From Lama glama (taxonomy: Eukaryota), in contig CM052837.1 of NCBI GenBank assembly GCA_028534125.1, positions 20,956,001 to 21,020,000 of the forward strand: 64,000 nt of DNA, given 5' to 3'. How positions within the stretch are numbered: the first letter of the stretch is position 1; every line of letters starts with the position of its first letter. A program made the translations under genes and the position numbers. Under the pieces are notes generated by a model, which saw nothing but the letters and a program-made list of their open reading frames with translations, searched no databases and had not been told where the DNA came from. Below, one piece after another: positions 1 through 11,105 of the stretch.

Positions 1-54
1 TCCTTCTTCCCCATCTAGCCCACAGCTTTGCTTAACATCGGAGATACCAATCAG

Positions 55-280
55 ATTAGCGAGGCAGAGTAACTTGGCCAAGCTCACATAGCTGGTAACT
101 GTTGGAACTGAGATTTTAACCTGAATATTTCTAATTTCCAGACATCAGAAAAACTTGTGGTACCTACTGTGTGTTAGGTACTTCCATATTATTTATTTAA
201 TTCTCATAGTAACTCTCCAAAGAAGTTCTTACTTTGTTATTTTCATATTACAGATAAAGAAACTTGAGACCAAGAAATGT
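55..280 (-). mobile_element. Two degenerate MIR SINE fragments
   Basis: gtaacttggccaagctcacatagctggtaa and ttacagataaagaaacttgagac resemble the reverse complement of the MIR core. Confidence 0.55.
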
Positions 281-291
281 TTCTTTGGTCA

Positions 292-372
292 TAGATGAGC
301 ATTCTTTTTTTTTTTTTTTTTTTAAACTACAGTCGATTACAAGGTGTCAATTTCTGGTAGATGACCATTCTT
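292..372 (-). mobile_element. Extremely 5'-truncated L1 3' end with poly(A) and 15-bp TSD
   Basis: Poly-T 305-323, then aactacagtcgattacaaggtgtcaatttctgg; flanked by tagatgagcattctt (292-306) and tagatgaccattctt (358-372). Confidence 0.75.
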
Positions 373-419
373 AATTTATGGTGCCATTAGTGTCTTAGTA
401 ATTTTGTTTTTACAGGGTC

Positions 420-880
420 CTGTGCCAAAAAGGACCTAATAGTCCCATTTAAAGGAATTAGGTCCAAACAGTTTAATACATATTTATGTCCTAACAATTT
501 AGTATCTATTTGAGAAAATAATATACATGAATTAAAAGCATTTTTATTTCATCTTAAATACCACAATTACTTAGCAGTAGATATGTGTACCTTTTTAGTA
601 CTGCACAACTTCTAAAACCTTGGAATCAGAGTAAACACCACCACCTTCATTCCTATTCCACATTGATTTTCACACAGTTCTTTTATCACAGCAACCACCG
701 AAACCCAGCTTCACAAAGCTAGGATGTCATCAAAAGAAGTGTACCTGGAACTAGTGGTTAATGCACTCACTATTCAACAGATATTGGATGTCACTGTGCT
801 TTCCTTGGAAATCCTGTGAATTCCCCTGTGAATTCAGTATGATGTCCCAGGGATCTTGGCACATAGTTTGGGAACTGCAT
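420..880 (-). mobile_element. hAT-Charlie non-autonomous DNA transposon, MER119-like
   Basis: Ends in ggcacatagtttgggaactg (TIR-like); internal aaaccttggaatcaga, ttccacattgattttc and tcacagcaaccaccgaaacccagcttc match my recollection of the MER119 reverse complement. Confidence 0.7.
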
Positions 881-1908
881 ACTTGTGTCACATAGGTAGT
901 GCATGCTCATGAATTAAATCTAGGTGTGTCTGATCCCAGGTTCATGTCCTTATTTTTTAAACATGACTGTATTACTTGATAAAATTGATTTTAATTCAGT
1001 GTAATTTTAAAAAATGCCATGGCAATGGACCATGTTCATTCAAATCGCCTCTGTTTGCTATCACTTCCAATTGTTTTGTCTTAAATATGGCAAATGCCCA
1101 ATAAATATTTGTTGAAAAAAGAGGAAACCTCCCTCCTACTTTGGAGACAGGAGTTTATAAAGTCAAATAAAGGACAAGAGGCATTGGAACCATAGAAAGC
1201 CTATTGCTCTAGTGGCCTAATGTTGTTTGGTTTCTTTCAGTTAAGTGTACCTGTTTCAAACAAGAACCCTGACCCTTGAAAAGCTGTGTATAAGCTGGTA
1301 TGGCTTAAATCATTTAAACTAGCAATATTTGTAACTTAAATGTTTGAGGAAGTAATTTCATTAATAAATCCTTCATTCCAATAGAGATGCTCACCCTTTG
1401 GCTTTAAACTATTGGGTTTTGATTTGCATAAAACTATTTTTCTTAAAGTGAAAAATGCATTTAAACCCTGGCTGTTACCCTGAATTTCTTGAAACAAGGC
1501 CTTAAATTTGCTCAAGGAGTATACCTTGTAGTCAGCACATGTAAGACCTTGTATTTACAGATCTTTCAACCTAAGATGGGTCATACCTGGTCAGCCTTCT
1601 GAAATCCCATGGGGTGCACTTAGGCATGATGAGGAAGACGTGCAAAGAGAACTGAAAAGATGCTGTGTGTTGCTTCATTAAGGGCCACTCTTCCCTCTTA
1701 AGTACAAAATCAATGTCCAAACAGAACTGTGAACGGTGCTAAGGTGATGAAGGTGTTAGCTCCAGGATAAACACTTTCCCTTTCCAGGTACAGTAATTAT
1801 TTGTCATTTCAAAAACTTGTATAAGTAGCGAGGCTGCTGCTGATTAACAGTCATTGTCTAGGTGTCTGCATTTAAAGGATCAAGGGTACAGTATATAAAA
1901 ACACATCA

Positions 1909-2093
1909 ATGAGGCTTGCTCCTCTCTGTGTACCTTTATCTGAGGGGCATTGTTAATGGAGAGATCCTTGAGTGTCGCTACTGAAACAGCAATGTGGATG
2001 GCCATGAAAGATAGTCTCTGCAGTAGATGTGTCCCCTCTGCAACTCCAAGTAGCAGAGCATGCTGCAGGGGAAGAATTGTGGATAGTAATTTG
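1909..2093 (+). other. Non-coding (frameshifted) counterpart of the alternative first coding exon of human CTNNBL1 isoform 2 (NYD-SP19)
   Basis: Successive frames read ACSSL / LYLRGIVNGEILECRY*NSNVDGH / IVSAVDVSPL / SRACCRGRIVDSNL, collinear with the human isoform-2 N-terminus as I recall it; lies about 630 nt upstream of exon 8. Confidence 0.6.
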
Positions 2094-2726
2094 GGTGTTA
2101 AAATATTAATACATTTCTGCATATTTAATGTGGTTTCCTTTTTAAATAGTAGGCAGATTATGGTCCACGAACAGATAGGCTTATGGTTTCAAATTAAATT
2201 TTCAGCATTAAAAAAATCCAAAAGGAACTACTTTGTTATAAAGACATTCAACTAATCTAAACAAGTACTTGCTTTCTTTTCAGCCTCTCTGATCATCTAT
2301 CTGCTAATTTGTAGCCTAATTTTATGATTGTAGCTTGTGATGAAGTTTCATGGATTTTAGCCTTAAAACTTCAAAACTTCCATTATTCATCTAGTTCACA
2401 TTTGAGTATGTACTATATGCTAGACAACAGTCCTGAACTCAAAATGGGAAATCTGGGAAGGCCTCACAGAGGAGGTGACATTCATACTGGGCAGTAGGAG
2501 TGTGAGAACCATTGTGTACTTCTACCATTTATGGTTTTACTATGTGGTACTTGAGTCTGGTCTCTTGAGAGGAGAGGCAGACGTTGTGTTACCCTTAACC
2601 TGCCTTTTCCCTTTTCTAACGTATGCTTCTCTCTAATTCAGATCTTAGTACTTAAGAGAAATTTGTCCTGGGGAAAGAAGCAAGGCCCCTTAACATTTTT
2701 TTCTCATTTCTCCTATTTCCCCACAG

Positions 2727-2799
2727 GCAAAGATGCCTTTCGATGCCAACAAACTGTATTGTAGTGAAGTGCTGGCCATATTGCTCCAGGACAACGATG
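2727..2799 (+). CDS. CTNNBL1: CTNNBL1 internal coding exon (exon 8 equivalent), 73 nt, phase 0 to 1
   Basis: tttccccacag|GCAAAGATG...GACAACGATG|gtgagg; translates AKMPFDANKLYCSEVLAILLQDND(E). Confidence 0.97.
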
Positions 2800-3035
2800 G
2801 TGAGGCTCCCTCTTGGTATTGATATACTGTTAGGATAGGAGCCAGGCTTGTTTCAGATCATGACAGCAAGCTCTCTTGCCTTTGGCATCCCCTTGCTCTC
2901 CCTCTCACTCTCTGTGCAGCTTTTGTACTCTGTCAGGGTGTATTGATTTTGTTTGCTGATGTATCAGTGTTAGACGGCTGTAAAATCTGACAGTTAGCTT
3001 CATTTTTTTTTCTTCCTATTTTTTCCCCTTTTTAG

Positions 3036-3094
3036 AAAACAGGGAATTGCTTGGGGAGCTGGATGGAATCGATGTGCTTCTTCAGCAGTTATCC
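3036..3094 (+). CDS. CTNNBL1: CTNNBL1 internal coding exon (exon 9 equivalent), 59 nt, phase 1 to 0
   Basis: Long pyrimidine tract ttttag|AAAACAGG...TTATCC|gtgagt; in frame with the previous exon gives ENRELLGELDGIDVLLQQLS. Confidence 0.97.
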
Positions 3095-4392
3095 GTGAGT
3101 AATTCTTATGCTTCCTGCCTGCCATGAAGATACATGGCTTGCTTTATTTAAGTGGGGGGTGGAGCTGGAAATTTCGGGAAGGAATAAGCCATATGGGGTA
3201 TGTTGGCAGGTTTGAGACTACATTGGAGGTACACGGTTTGTCTCCTTTTCTTAGTCATTTGCTTTTTATAACCAGATATCACTGTGTATCTGGTGAGGAC
3301 TTTTGATATTTGTCAGTCTAAAAGAGGTGTACTTCCTGCTTAAGTGTATGTTCTTGGGCCAAGAATACCAAATTGTTTTCAGTTGACCCACTCCAAAGAT
3401 TATTCGTTTTCTTTCCTGTCAATCTGCTGCTAACATGGAGTTAGTTCACTTAGGATCCAGATAAGCTCCAGGAGTACAACTTCCAATACAATGGGATAGA
3501 GGTCACAGAAGAGGGGAGGGAAGGATGTGGCATTGGAGGTTGGAATAAGGAATCAGGAATTGCCATTTGCTCATTGTAATAAATATAAATCCAGTTGAAA
3601 TGATGTTCTGCTGGCGTTCTGAAAATACTGTTAGGATTTTTTCTAACAAATCTCATCCGTACTATTCCCAAACCAGGACTGAAAATAGATCATTTGGATT
3701 AAATCTTGAGAGTGTTGGGAGTGTCTGAGATGTCAGTTTGCATACAGCTTCCATTTTGGTGCCAGCAGCCTGAGTGACTTGGCCTCCATCCTAAAAAAAT
3801 AGAGCTTTGAATTGTGAATCTGTTTACAGTTCTGGGAAAGTGCTTAGTCCTATTCTTGCAAGATTATTGATCATTTTGTAAGAGACTGTATGGATATGCA
3901 TACACTGTTAAAAGGCTTTTTCCTTTTCACATGCCATATATTTCTGGAAAAGACAAAACTTGTGCTTTGAGCTGTTCCCATGACTTAGAGCCACAACTGG
4001 TATACGAGGCAGTTTAGCAGCCCTGATGGTTAGGAGACTCTTCCTTATTATCGAGCCAAGATTTGCCCTTCTGGATTGTGGTTTCTTTTCGAAGGGGAGG
4101 AGATGGGTTGTGGTTGGGTGGGGCTCTGCCTCCTTGCAACTATCAGTCACTCATGGACACAATGGTCAGTTGAGAGTTTTGGTTTTTACATGAACAAGAC
4201 ATTTATTTAATACCTGTGAATCAGAAAACCCAGTTTCTCTAAAATGGAAACTGATGAGAATTTTGTTTGGTAAGCTTCTGTTTCTTCAACTGGGCGTAAT
4301 CAGGACAGACAGGCTTTGGAAATTGTTGAGTGCTGGTTGATGAAAAGACATTCTCTTATGGTTCTGTGCTTTCTGATGTCTTTGTTTTACAG

Positions 4393-4541
4393 GTGTTTAA
4401 AAGACACAATCCTAGCACCGCTGAGGAGCAGGAGATGATGGAGAATCTGTTCGATTCACTCTGCTCCTGCCTAATGCTCAGTTCCAATCGTGAGCGCTTC
4501 CTGAAGGGCGAGGGTCTTCAGCTGATGAATCTCATGCTCAG
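4393..4541 (+). CDS. CTNNBL1: CTNNBL1 internal coding exon (exon 10 equivalent), 149 nt, phase 0 to 2
   Basis: ttttacag|GTGTTTAAAAGA...ATGCTCAG|gtatgc; VFKRHNPSTAEEQEMMENLFDSLCSCLMLSSNRERFLKGEGLQLMNLML(R); lies within ORF-track entry 4330..4602. Confidence 0.98.
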
Positions 4542-6861
4542 GTATGCTTCGTATCTCCTATCTCTCCATCTCTTTTTGAACAGCTCCTCACTGTTAACCT
4601 GAATTTGAGAACGTGTAGCTGTGATATTTTATTCCATTAAGTTTCCTAGATATATAAAACAATAAAGTTTTCAGGTATGTGTGTAGTCTTTTCTAAAGTT
4701 AGATTGGATGAATAAAAAGTATATTTTGGTCTGTTTGTGGCCCTTTATTGTGTCCCATTGAAGGGAAATATTTTTTTGCTTTTTTTTTCTTCTCTTAATG
4801 CATAGGTTTTTGGAGCTGTAGTCATTAGCTTCCAGACATATCCTATATTAATTTCTAAACAACTCAATTTTCTTTATATCCCATGTAGACCTATCTATGC
4901 CATATGTTTGTCTGTATTTTTATTATTAACAGCAGAATGTCATTCATATTTCTCATTTGTACATATTTTCATTATATATTATTTTCAGTAATGAATTGTG
5001 CATGTGATGTGTGCCTGGCATAGGAAACATGAAAGTGTGCAAGATAGTTCTAGAACTTTTCTTTATGGTACTTTCCTTGTGTATCTTATTATTTATGCCT
5101 TGATTCCTTAAAGTATTTAAAGTAGATACCATGTTAGTATATTTCACAGAGTCCTGAAGTTAGAAGTAAATAGGAGGTAACTTGTTACCGATAACTCTTT
5201 TGAGAAATCTAGCTTGGAAGGGAAAGAGAGAAATGAGGTGAAGGTGTTGTAGTGTCAATGGACAGTTTTTTAAATTGAGACATGCAAGAGCATGTTTGCA
5301 TGGTTGGAAGACTAATCATTATGGGATTATTCTTTATGAACTTGAGCCAGAGTCCACGTCTTGAAACTTGTATTCACATACAATGAAACTTCTGTTAAAC
5401 TACTTGTTTGAAAAAAATTATTTATAAATTTGATATATATCTACTAAATATAATTTACAATATAGACATGCAAAACTGCTGTTAGAAACACTGATAAAGT
5501 ACTATGTTAAGTGCTCAGCTTCTACGGAAATAAATAAGACAGAATTCCTGCATCCGGAACCTAAAAATAGCTCTGTTACTGAAACACAACCCAACTTTGG
5601 ATGCATAATCTTTCTGGTCTTTTTTTCTGTAACTTTTCTTGTTTTTAACAGCTTTTTAGGCCTACCACGCATGTAATTTTCTATACTGTTTTTTTTAAAC
5701 TTACATGCTGTTTCCCGTGCTGTGCCATAATCTTCCTGAGAGTTTTCAATAACTGCATAATGGACTCTAAGGGAATATAGCTTACTTCATCATCTTCTGT
5801 TATTGATATTGAGGTTATTTCCAGTGTTTTGTTATTATAACAAATTCCCCAATGACAAATTCTACAATTTTTATACTTAAAACTATTTTTGTTTTTAGGA
5901 TTATAAAGGTTTATGTTTCTAAAATATCTTCTCTTTAAAGATTTGTGTAGAGCTGGGGTGGGGGCACAGTAGACCTCATTTATCTAGTACATACCAGACC
6001 TTGGATTGATGGGAAAATCTTCCTTTTTGGAATTGCTTTAAAAATTTTATTTTAAAGTGCAGAGAGCAGCATTGGAATTATTCAGAGGCCTTCAGTGTTC
6101 AGCTGATTTTTGCTAGCTTTACTCTCTTGAGTCTTTTGTTTGTTTGTCTCATTTACCCTTCTAATTGCCTGTCCTTTTGTTGAAATTACCTACCTTTTCT
6201 CAAGCAAATAGCATATAAAGAAGATGCATTTGGCTTCCTGGGCCTTCTAACCTTAAAACTATACTCTGCAGGGACTTTTCTCTAAGCTTCTTAAAGGTCT
6301 GAACTGCCAGTGTCTTTCGATGGTTGAGAGCAAATACGAGGTGATGTATTCCTGTAGCATATGGCTTGGAAATGTGCAGCAGTGGGGAGCTGAATAAATA
6401 ACCAGAGATATGGATTATTCAAACAGGAATGCTGAGATTGGGAGCCTAATTAAAAAGGAGTTCCAAAAGACTTAGAAACTTCCTCTCTAGGATCTCCTAA
6501 CTTTTCATTTTTGAATGCTGAAGTTAACTGTTAGATTGATTCTTTCTCATTAATTAGGTATATTAGCAGATTCAGCATTTCCTTTTTTCTCTTTCTCATT
6601 TTCTTTGTTCTGTGTTATTTTTCTTCTTCAGACTCCCAAATGGGAAGTTTAATTAGGAGGGAATTTTTTTTTGTACTAGATTCATGCTTCCTGATTTTCT
6701 GGGAAGAGCTGCCAAGTTGCTCCCTGTCTCGAGGGGACTCGTTCAAAGACTATGAAGCTGTAACACTAAAAGTTCAGGAAAATTTCTGTGGTTCCGTTGC
6801 CCCTAAATGCTAATCTTTATTTTGATTCAGGCACTCATCAAACAGTTATGAAATGCTCACC

Positions 6862-7118
6862 TAGAGAGGTGGTATAGTGTGGAAGAAAGGGTGTTGGAGT
6901 TGAGGTCAGTGTGGGTTTGGAACATAGCTCTTTCACTTACTAGTTCTGGATATTTGGTGAGTTACCCTAACCTTTCTGACCTCTGACCCTCAGTTTTTTC
7001 ATCTGAAAACTGAGACTGCCAAATAACAATGCCAAATTTGCAGGGGTTTTGTGGGATTTAGACTGTATATAAAGTGTCTGGGATAATTTTGCATATTAAA
7101 ACATTGATAAGGTGCTGT
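6862..7118 (+). mobile_element. MIR SINE, near full length
   Basis: tRNA-like head, cacttactag, ctcagttttttcatctgaaaa core and tail. Confidence 0.75.
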
Positions 7119-7136
7119 GTTAACTTGCTGTGGCTT

Positions 7137-7230
7137 TTGTTTGCTTACTTGTTTGTTTTTTTTGGTGGGGGGAGGATGGTAATTAGATTTATTTATTTAT
7201 TTATTTACTTTTTTTAGAGGAGGTAGTAGG
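7137..7230 (-). mobile_element. 5'-truncated camelid tRNA-derived SINE (Vic-1-like) tail
   Basis: tttgtttgtt...ggggggagg..gtaattagatttatttatttattt...gaggtag pattern is the reverse complement of the SINE 3' part. Confidence 0.62.
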
Positions 7231-7469
7231 GTTAACTTACTATGTTAAGTTCTAGGCTTATACAGACATGAACAAGACAGTATTCCTAACTTCAAGAAAT
7301 TCAATAGCTAGTGGGAGAGGCCGACATTAAATAACTGTAATATAACTGAGTGTATTAACTATTAAGAGGAACAGTTAATTTTGCATGTCTATACCTTGTG
7401 AATTTTTTTTTACATTTCTGATTATTGATAAGGAAAGGTCAGCAACGAGATAATCATTTATACACACAA

Positions 7470-7616
7470 NNNNNNNNNNNNNNNNNNNNNNNNNNNNNNN
7501 NNNNNNNNNNNNNNNNNNNNNNNNNNNNNNNNNNNNNNNNNNNNNNNNNNNNNNNNNNNNNNNNNNNNNNNNNNNNNNNNNNNNNNNNNNNNNNNNNNNN
7601 NNNNNNNNNNNNNNNN
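7470..7616. other. N-run (147 nt)
   Basis: Direct; lies between a short CA repeat and the 3' end of a minus-strand L1. Confidence 0.99.
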
Positions 7617-9715
7617 TTATCACTTTTATTGAGGCATAGTTTATGTACAATAAATCAGACTCATTTTAAGTGTACAGTTCTCATTTTGGCTGATGCATAC
7701 ACCTTTGTTTTCAGCACAGTGAATGTATAGAACAGCCCTATTCTATAGAAATGTAATGCAAGTGAGATACGTAATTTTATATTTTGTAGTAGACACAGTA
7801 AAATAGTTTAAAAGAAACAAATAAAGTTAATAATGTATTTCACATAGCCCAGTATATTAAGAATCATCATTTCAACATGTAATCAATAAAAAATACTGTT
7901 ATTAAGCCATTTTACATTCTTTTTTCATACTGTCTTTGAAATTCAGTGTCTATTTTACATTTACATCTCAATTCAGTGCTAAATTTTCATTAATTTTTCA
8001 TTGATTTATATTTAGACTTCATAAAATTTACAGTTGAAAAAGTCTATTCCCATACCTGTTTTTCCAGACATCCTTAAATGTTTCCCAATAACTGAATCAA
8101 GTATCAATTTTTAAATTTAAACTTAAATAAATTTAAATTTTAGCTCCTCAATTTAAATCTAAAACTTGGCCACTTTTCAGATGCTCAGTAGCTACACATG
8201 GCTGGTGGCTGCCATATTGGACAGTGCATGTATAGATTATTTTTATCACCTTCCAAAATTCTCTTGCTCCCTTTTGTCATTATTTTCCACCAGTCCACCT
8301 TAGGTCTCAGGCAACTATTTGTCATTCTAGAATTTCATATAAATAGAATTGTACAGTATGTGTTTTGTTTAGCTTATATCATTCAACAAATTGTTTTTGA
8401 AAATCCTTCATCTTGCATATATCAGTTGTTTGTTTCTTTTTTATACTTAGGAGTATTGCATTATATTTCTTCATTCCAGCATGTCATTTTGTTTATTTAT
8501 TCACTTGTTGATGGACATTTGGGTTATTTCCAGTGTTTTGCTATTGTGAATAAAGTCTTTGGGTAAACATGTATTTTCATTTCTCTTGGACAAATGACTG
8601 AGTCATATAAATAAATATAAGTTTACTGTTAGAAGCTATCAAGCTGTTTTCCAAAATGATTGTATCATTTTAGATTTTACCAGCAAGGCATAAGAGCTCC
8701 AGTTGCTCCATATCCTTTGTAACTCTTGGTATTGTCGGACTTTAATTTTAGCCATTTGAGTGAGTTTGTAGTGTGGTTTTAATATGCGTATAACTGATGG
8801 CTAATGATATTGAGCATTTTTTCATGTGCATATCGGCCTTTCTTATGTCTTTTGTTAAAGTCAAATCTTCCTTCAAACCTTTTGTCTGATTTTTATTTGG
8901 GTTGTCATATTGAATTTTAAGTGTTCTTTATTCTGGATACAAGTCTTTATCAGATACATACTTTGGAAATCTTTTCTCCTTGTCTGTGGCTTGCCCTTTC
9001 ATTTTTTAGCAGTGTCTTTTTAAAAGTTTTACTTTGATAAAGTATAATTTATAAACTTTTTTGAGTTGTTCTTTTGGTATGGTATATAAATTGTGTTTGC
9101 CTAACCCAAGGTCTCAAAGCATTTCTTTAATATTTTCTTTTAGAAGTTTTCAGTTTGGGGTTTTACATTTATAGATCTGTGATCCATTTTAAATTAATTT
9201 CTGTTTTTGTGTGAGGTATGAATTGAGGTTCTTGGTGTTATTATTTTTGCACATAGATGTCCAGTTCTGGCAAAGACTATCCATGTCCCATTAAATTGCC
9301 TTTACACCTTTGTCAGAAATCAATTTATCTTATATGTGTAGGTCTATTTCTGTGTTTTCTATTCTGCTCCATTGATCTGTGTGTCTTTTTGCCAGCACCA
9401 CCCTATTTTGGTGATTATAGCTTCATAGTTAAGTCTTGAAATCATGTGCTGTGAATCCACTGACTTAATGTCTTTTTAAGGATTGTTTTAACTGTTCAGG
9501 TTCTTTAGTTTCTTTGTCTCTGTATAAATTTTAGAATCAGCCTGTCAATTTATAGAAAAACCGTGCTGGGATTTGATTGGAATTGCATTGAATCTATAGA
9601 TTATTTGAGGGAGAATGGACATCTTTGTAATAATGAATCTTCCAATCCTTGAACATGGTATATTTCTTCATTTATTTAGGTCTTTGATTTCTGTCAGCAG
9701 TGTTATAGTTTTTCT
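7617..9715 (-). mobile_element. L1M (L1MB/L1MC-type) 3' UTR and ORF2 3' remnant, interrupted by a DNA transposon
   Basis: ttttattgaggcatagtttatgtacaataa start, gatggacatttgggttatttccag, ctggatacaagtcttt, ggaattgcattgaatctataga are standard antisense L1 segments. Confidence 0.85.
7733..8229 (+). mobile_element. hAT-Charlie element with MER33-type ends plus extra internal sequence (Charlie5 derivative), 8-bp TSD
   Basis: Starts cagccctattctatagaaatgtaatgc, ends ggctgccatattggacagtgcat; TSD gtatagaa (7725-7732) / gtatagat (8230-8237). Confidence 0.8.
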
Positions 9716-9879
9716 TAAGACAATTTGATATTTTATACTTTCCTGAAATTCTCAATTTCATAAACTTTCAAGTTTATGAATATAATTTGTCCTTGTATTC
9801 ATACAATTCTTTTCCGTATCCTCCATTTCATTTCCTCTTTTTCACCTTCTGTACTTTATGTCCCTTTTATCATAATTAA

Positions 9880-10520
9880 TGTTATGTATTTAAATTTCCT
9901 TGCTTTCTTTCTCAGTCAGATTTTTTAGAAATGATAGTGATTATTTTTGCTTTTGGTTTGGTATTTTGTTTATTTGGATACTTTTTTTTTTGCCTTCTCA
10001 GGAATTTTTTTTTCTGGCTTTAATTCCTTTTCTACTTTCTTTTCTTTTTGTTTTGTTGCCCTTTTTCTAAATTTCTGAATTAAATGGTTAATGCTTTTTA
10101 AAATATTTCTCTTATTTAAAAACAAAAACATTTCAGGTTAAATTTTTTTCTGTTAAAATTGCTTAGCTTCATCACATTTTCAAGTGGTTAAGTCTTGCTT
10201 TCTTATTATATTAATAGAAAATATAGGCTGAAAATACCTACTTTCTGAATTTGAGATTTCACTTGTTTGTTGCATGTAATGAATTTGTCTTGAATCCTTT
10301 TATAATTTGTGTTTATCTATTATATCCCTTCCTCTCCTTTTATCTTTAACTTTTTGTCATTTTATATTATATGTGACTCTTCATAACAGCATGTAGCTGT
10401 TTTTTAGGGTTTTAGTCCAATATTAGAGTTTGTCTTTAAATAGATGAATTTAATGTATTTATTTCTATTGTAATGACTGTTATGTTTGGTCCTTTTCTTC
10501 CATTTATTTTGTTCTAGTGA
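9880..10520 (-). mobile_element. Old L1 ORF2 remnant
   Basis: T-rich; cttcataacagcatgtagctg, gtctttaaatagatgaatttaatgtattta typical of antisense L1 ORF2 5' part. Confidence 0.5.
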
Positions 10521-10679
10521 CTTCCTCAGTGGTTTTGTTTTGTCTTGTCTTTTTGTTCTTTCATCATTTTCCTTCTTCTGTATAAACATAGAAATTATTC
10601 TGCTCCTTTTCTATTACTGAAGTTTAAGTTTTAAAAAATGAAGCTTTATTTTTTGTCTATGAACGTTTGAAAAGGTATC

Positions 10680-11105
10680 AAGTCCCTTCAGAGTCTGGCC
10701 TCTGCCTGACTCTCCTGTGGCCATCTCTTCTCATTCTCCTTTTCCCACGCTTTTACATTCTACTCTCTAAAGCAAACTATTTTAGATTCCTTAACACATT
10801 TCATTATTTTCTAAGGGTAACTCACCCTTGATATTTAGGATAAGCTTCTTTAAGAAACTTCTGCCCCTATATCACTTCTCCTAGCCATGTCCTTACACCC
10901 ATTCTTCCCCTCCACCCTGAGATTTTGAGATGAGGTTCTGGCATCCCTCGTGCACCTCTGTGGGAGCACTTACCACCCTATGCGGGAAGCATCTGTTTGT
11001 CTCTGACTGTACTGTAAGACTCTCGAGAGCAGAGACAGGCCAACCTCTTCACACCCCCAGAACCGAGGAACACTACTCCCAATAAATATTTTCTAAATGA
11101 ATGAG
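10680..11105 (+). mobile_element. L2 LINE 3' fragment
   Basis: ctgtaagactctcgagagcagagac ... caataaatattttctaaatgaatga 3' end. Confidence 0.6.

Noticed and set aside
1950-2255. 101-aa ORF as an independent gene
   Set aside because: Only its RACCRG..DSNL part relates to the isoform-2-like exon; the rest is AT-rich intron and there is no in-frame donor to exon 8.
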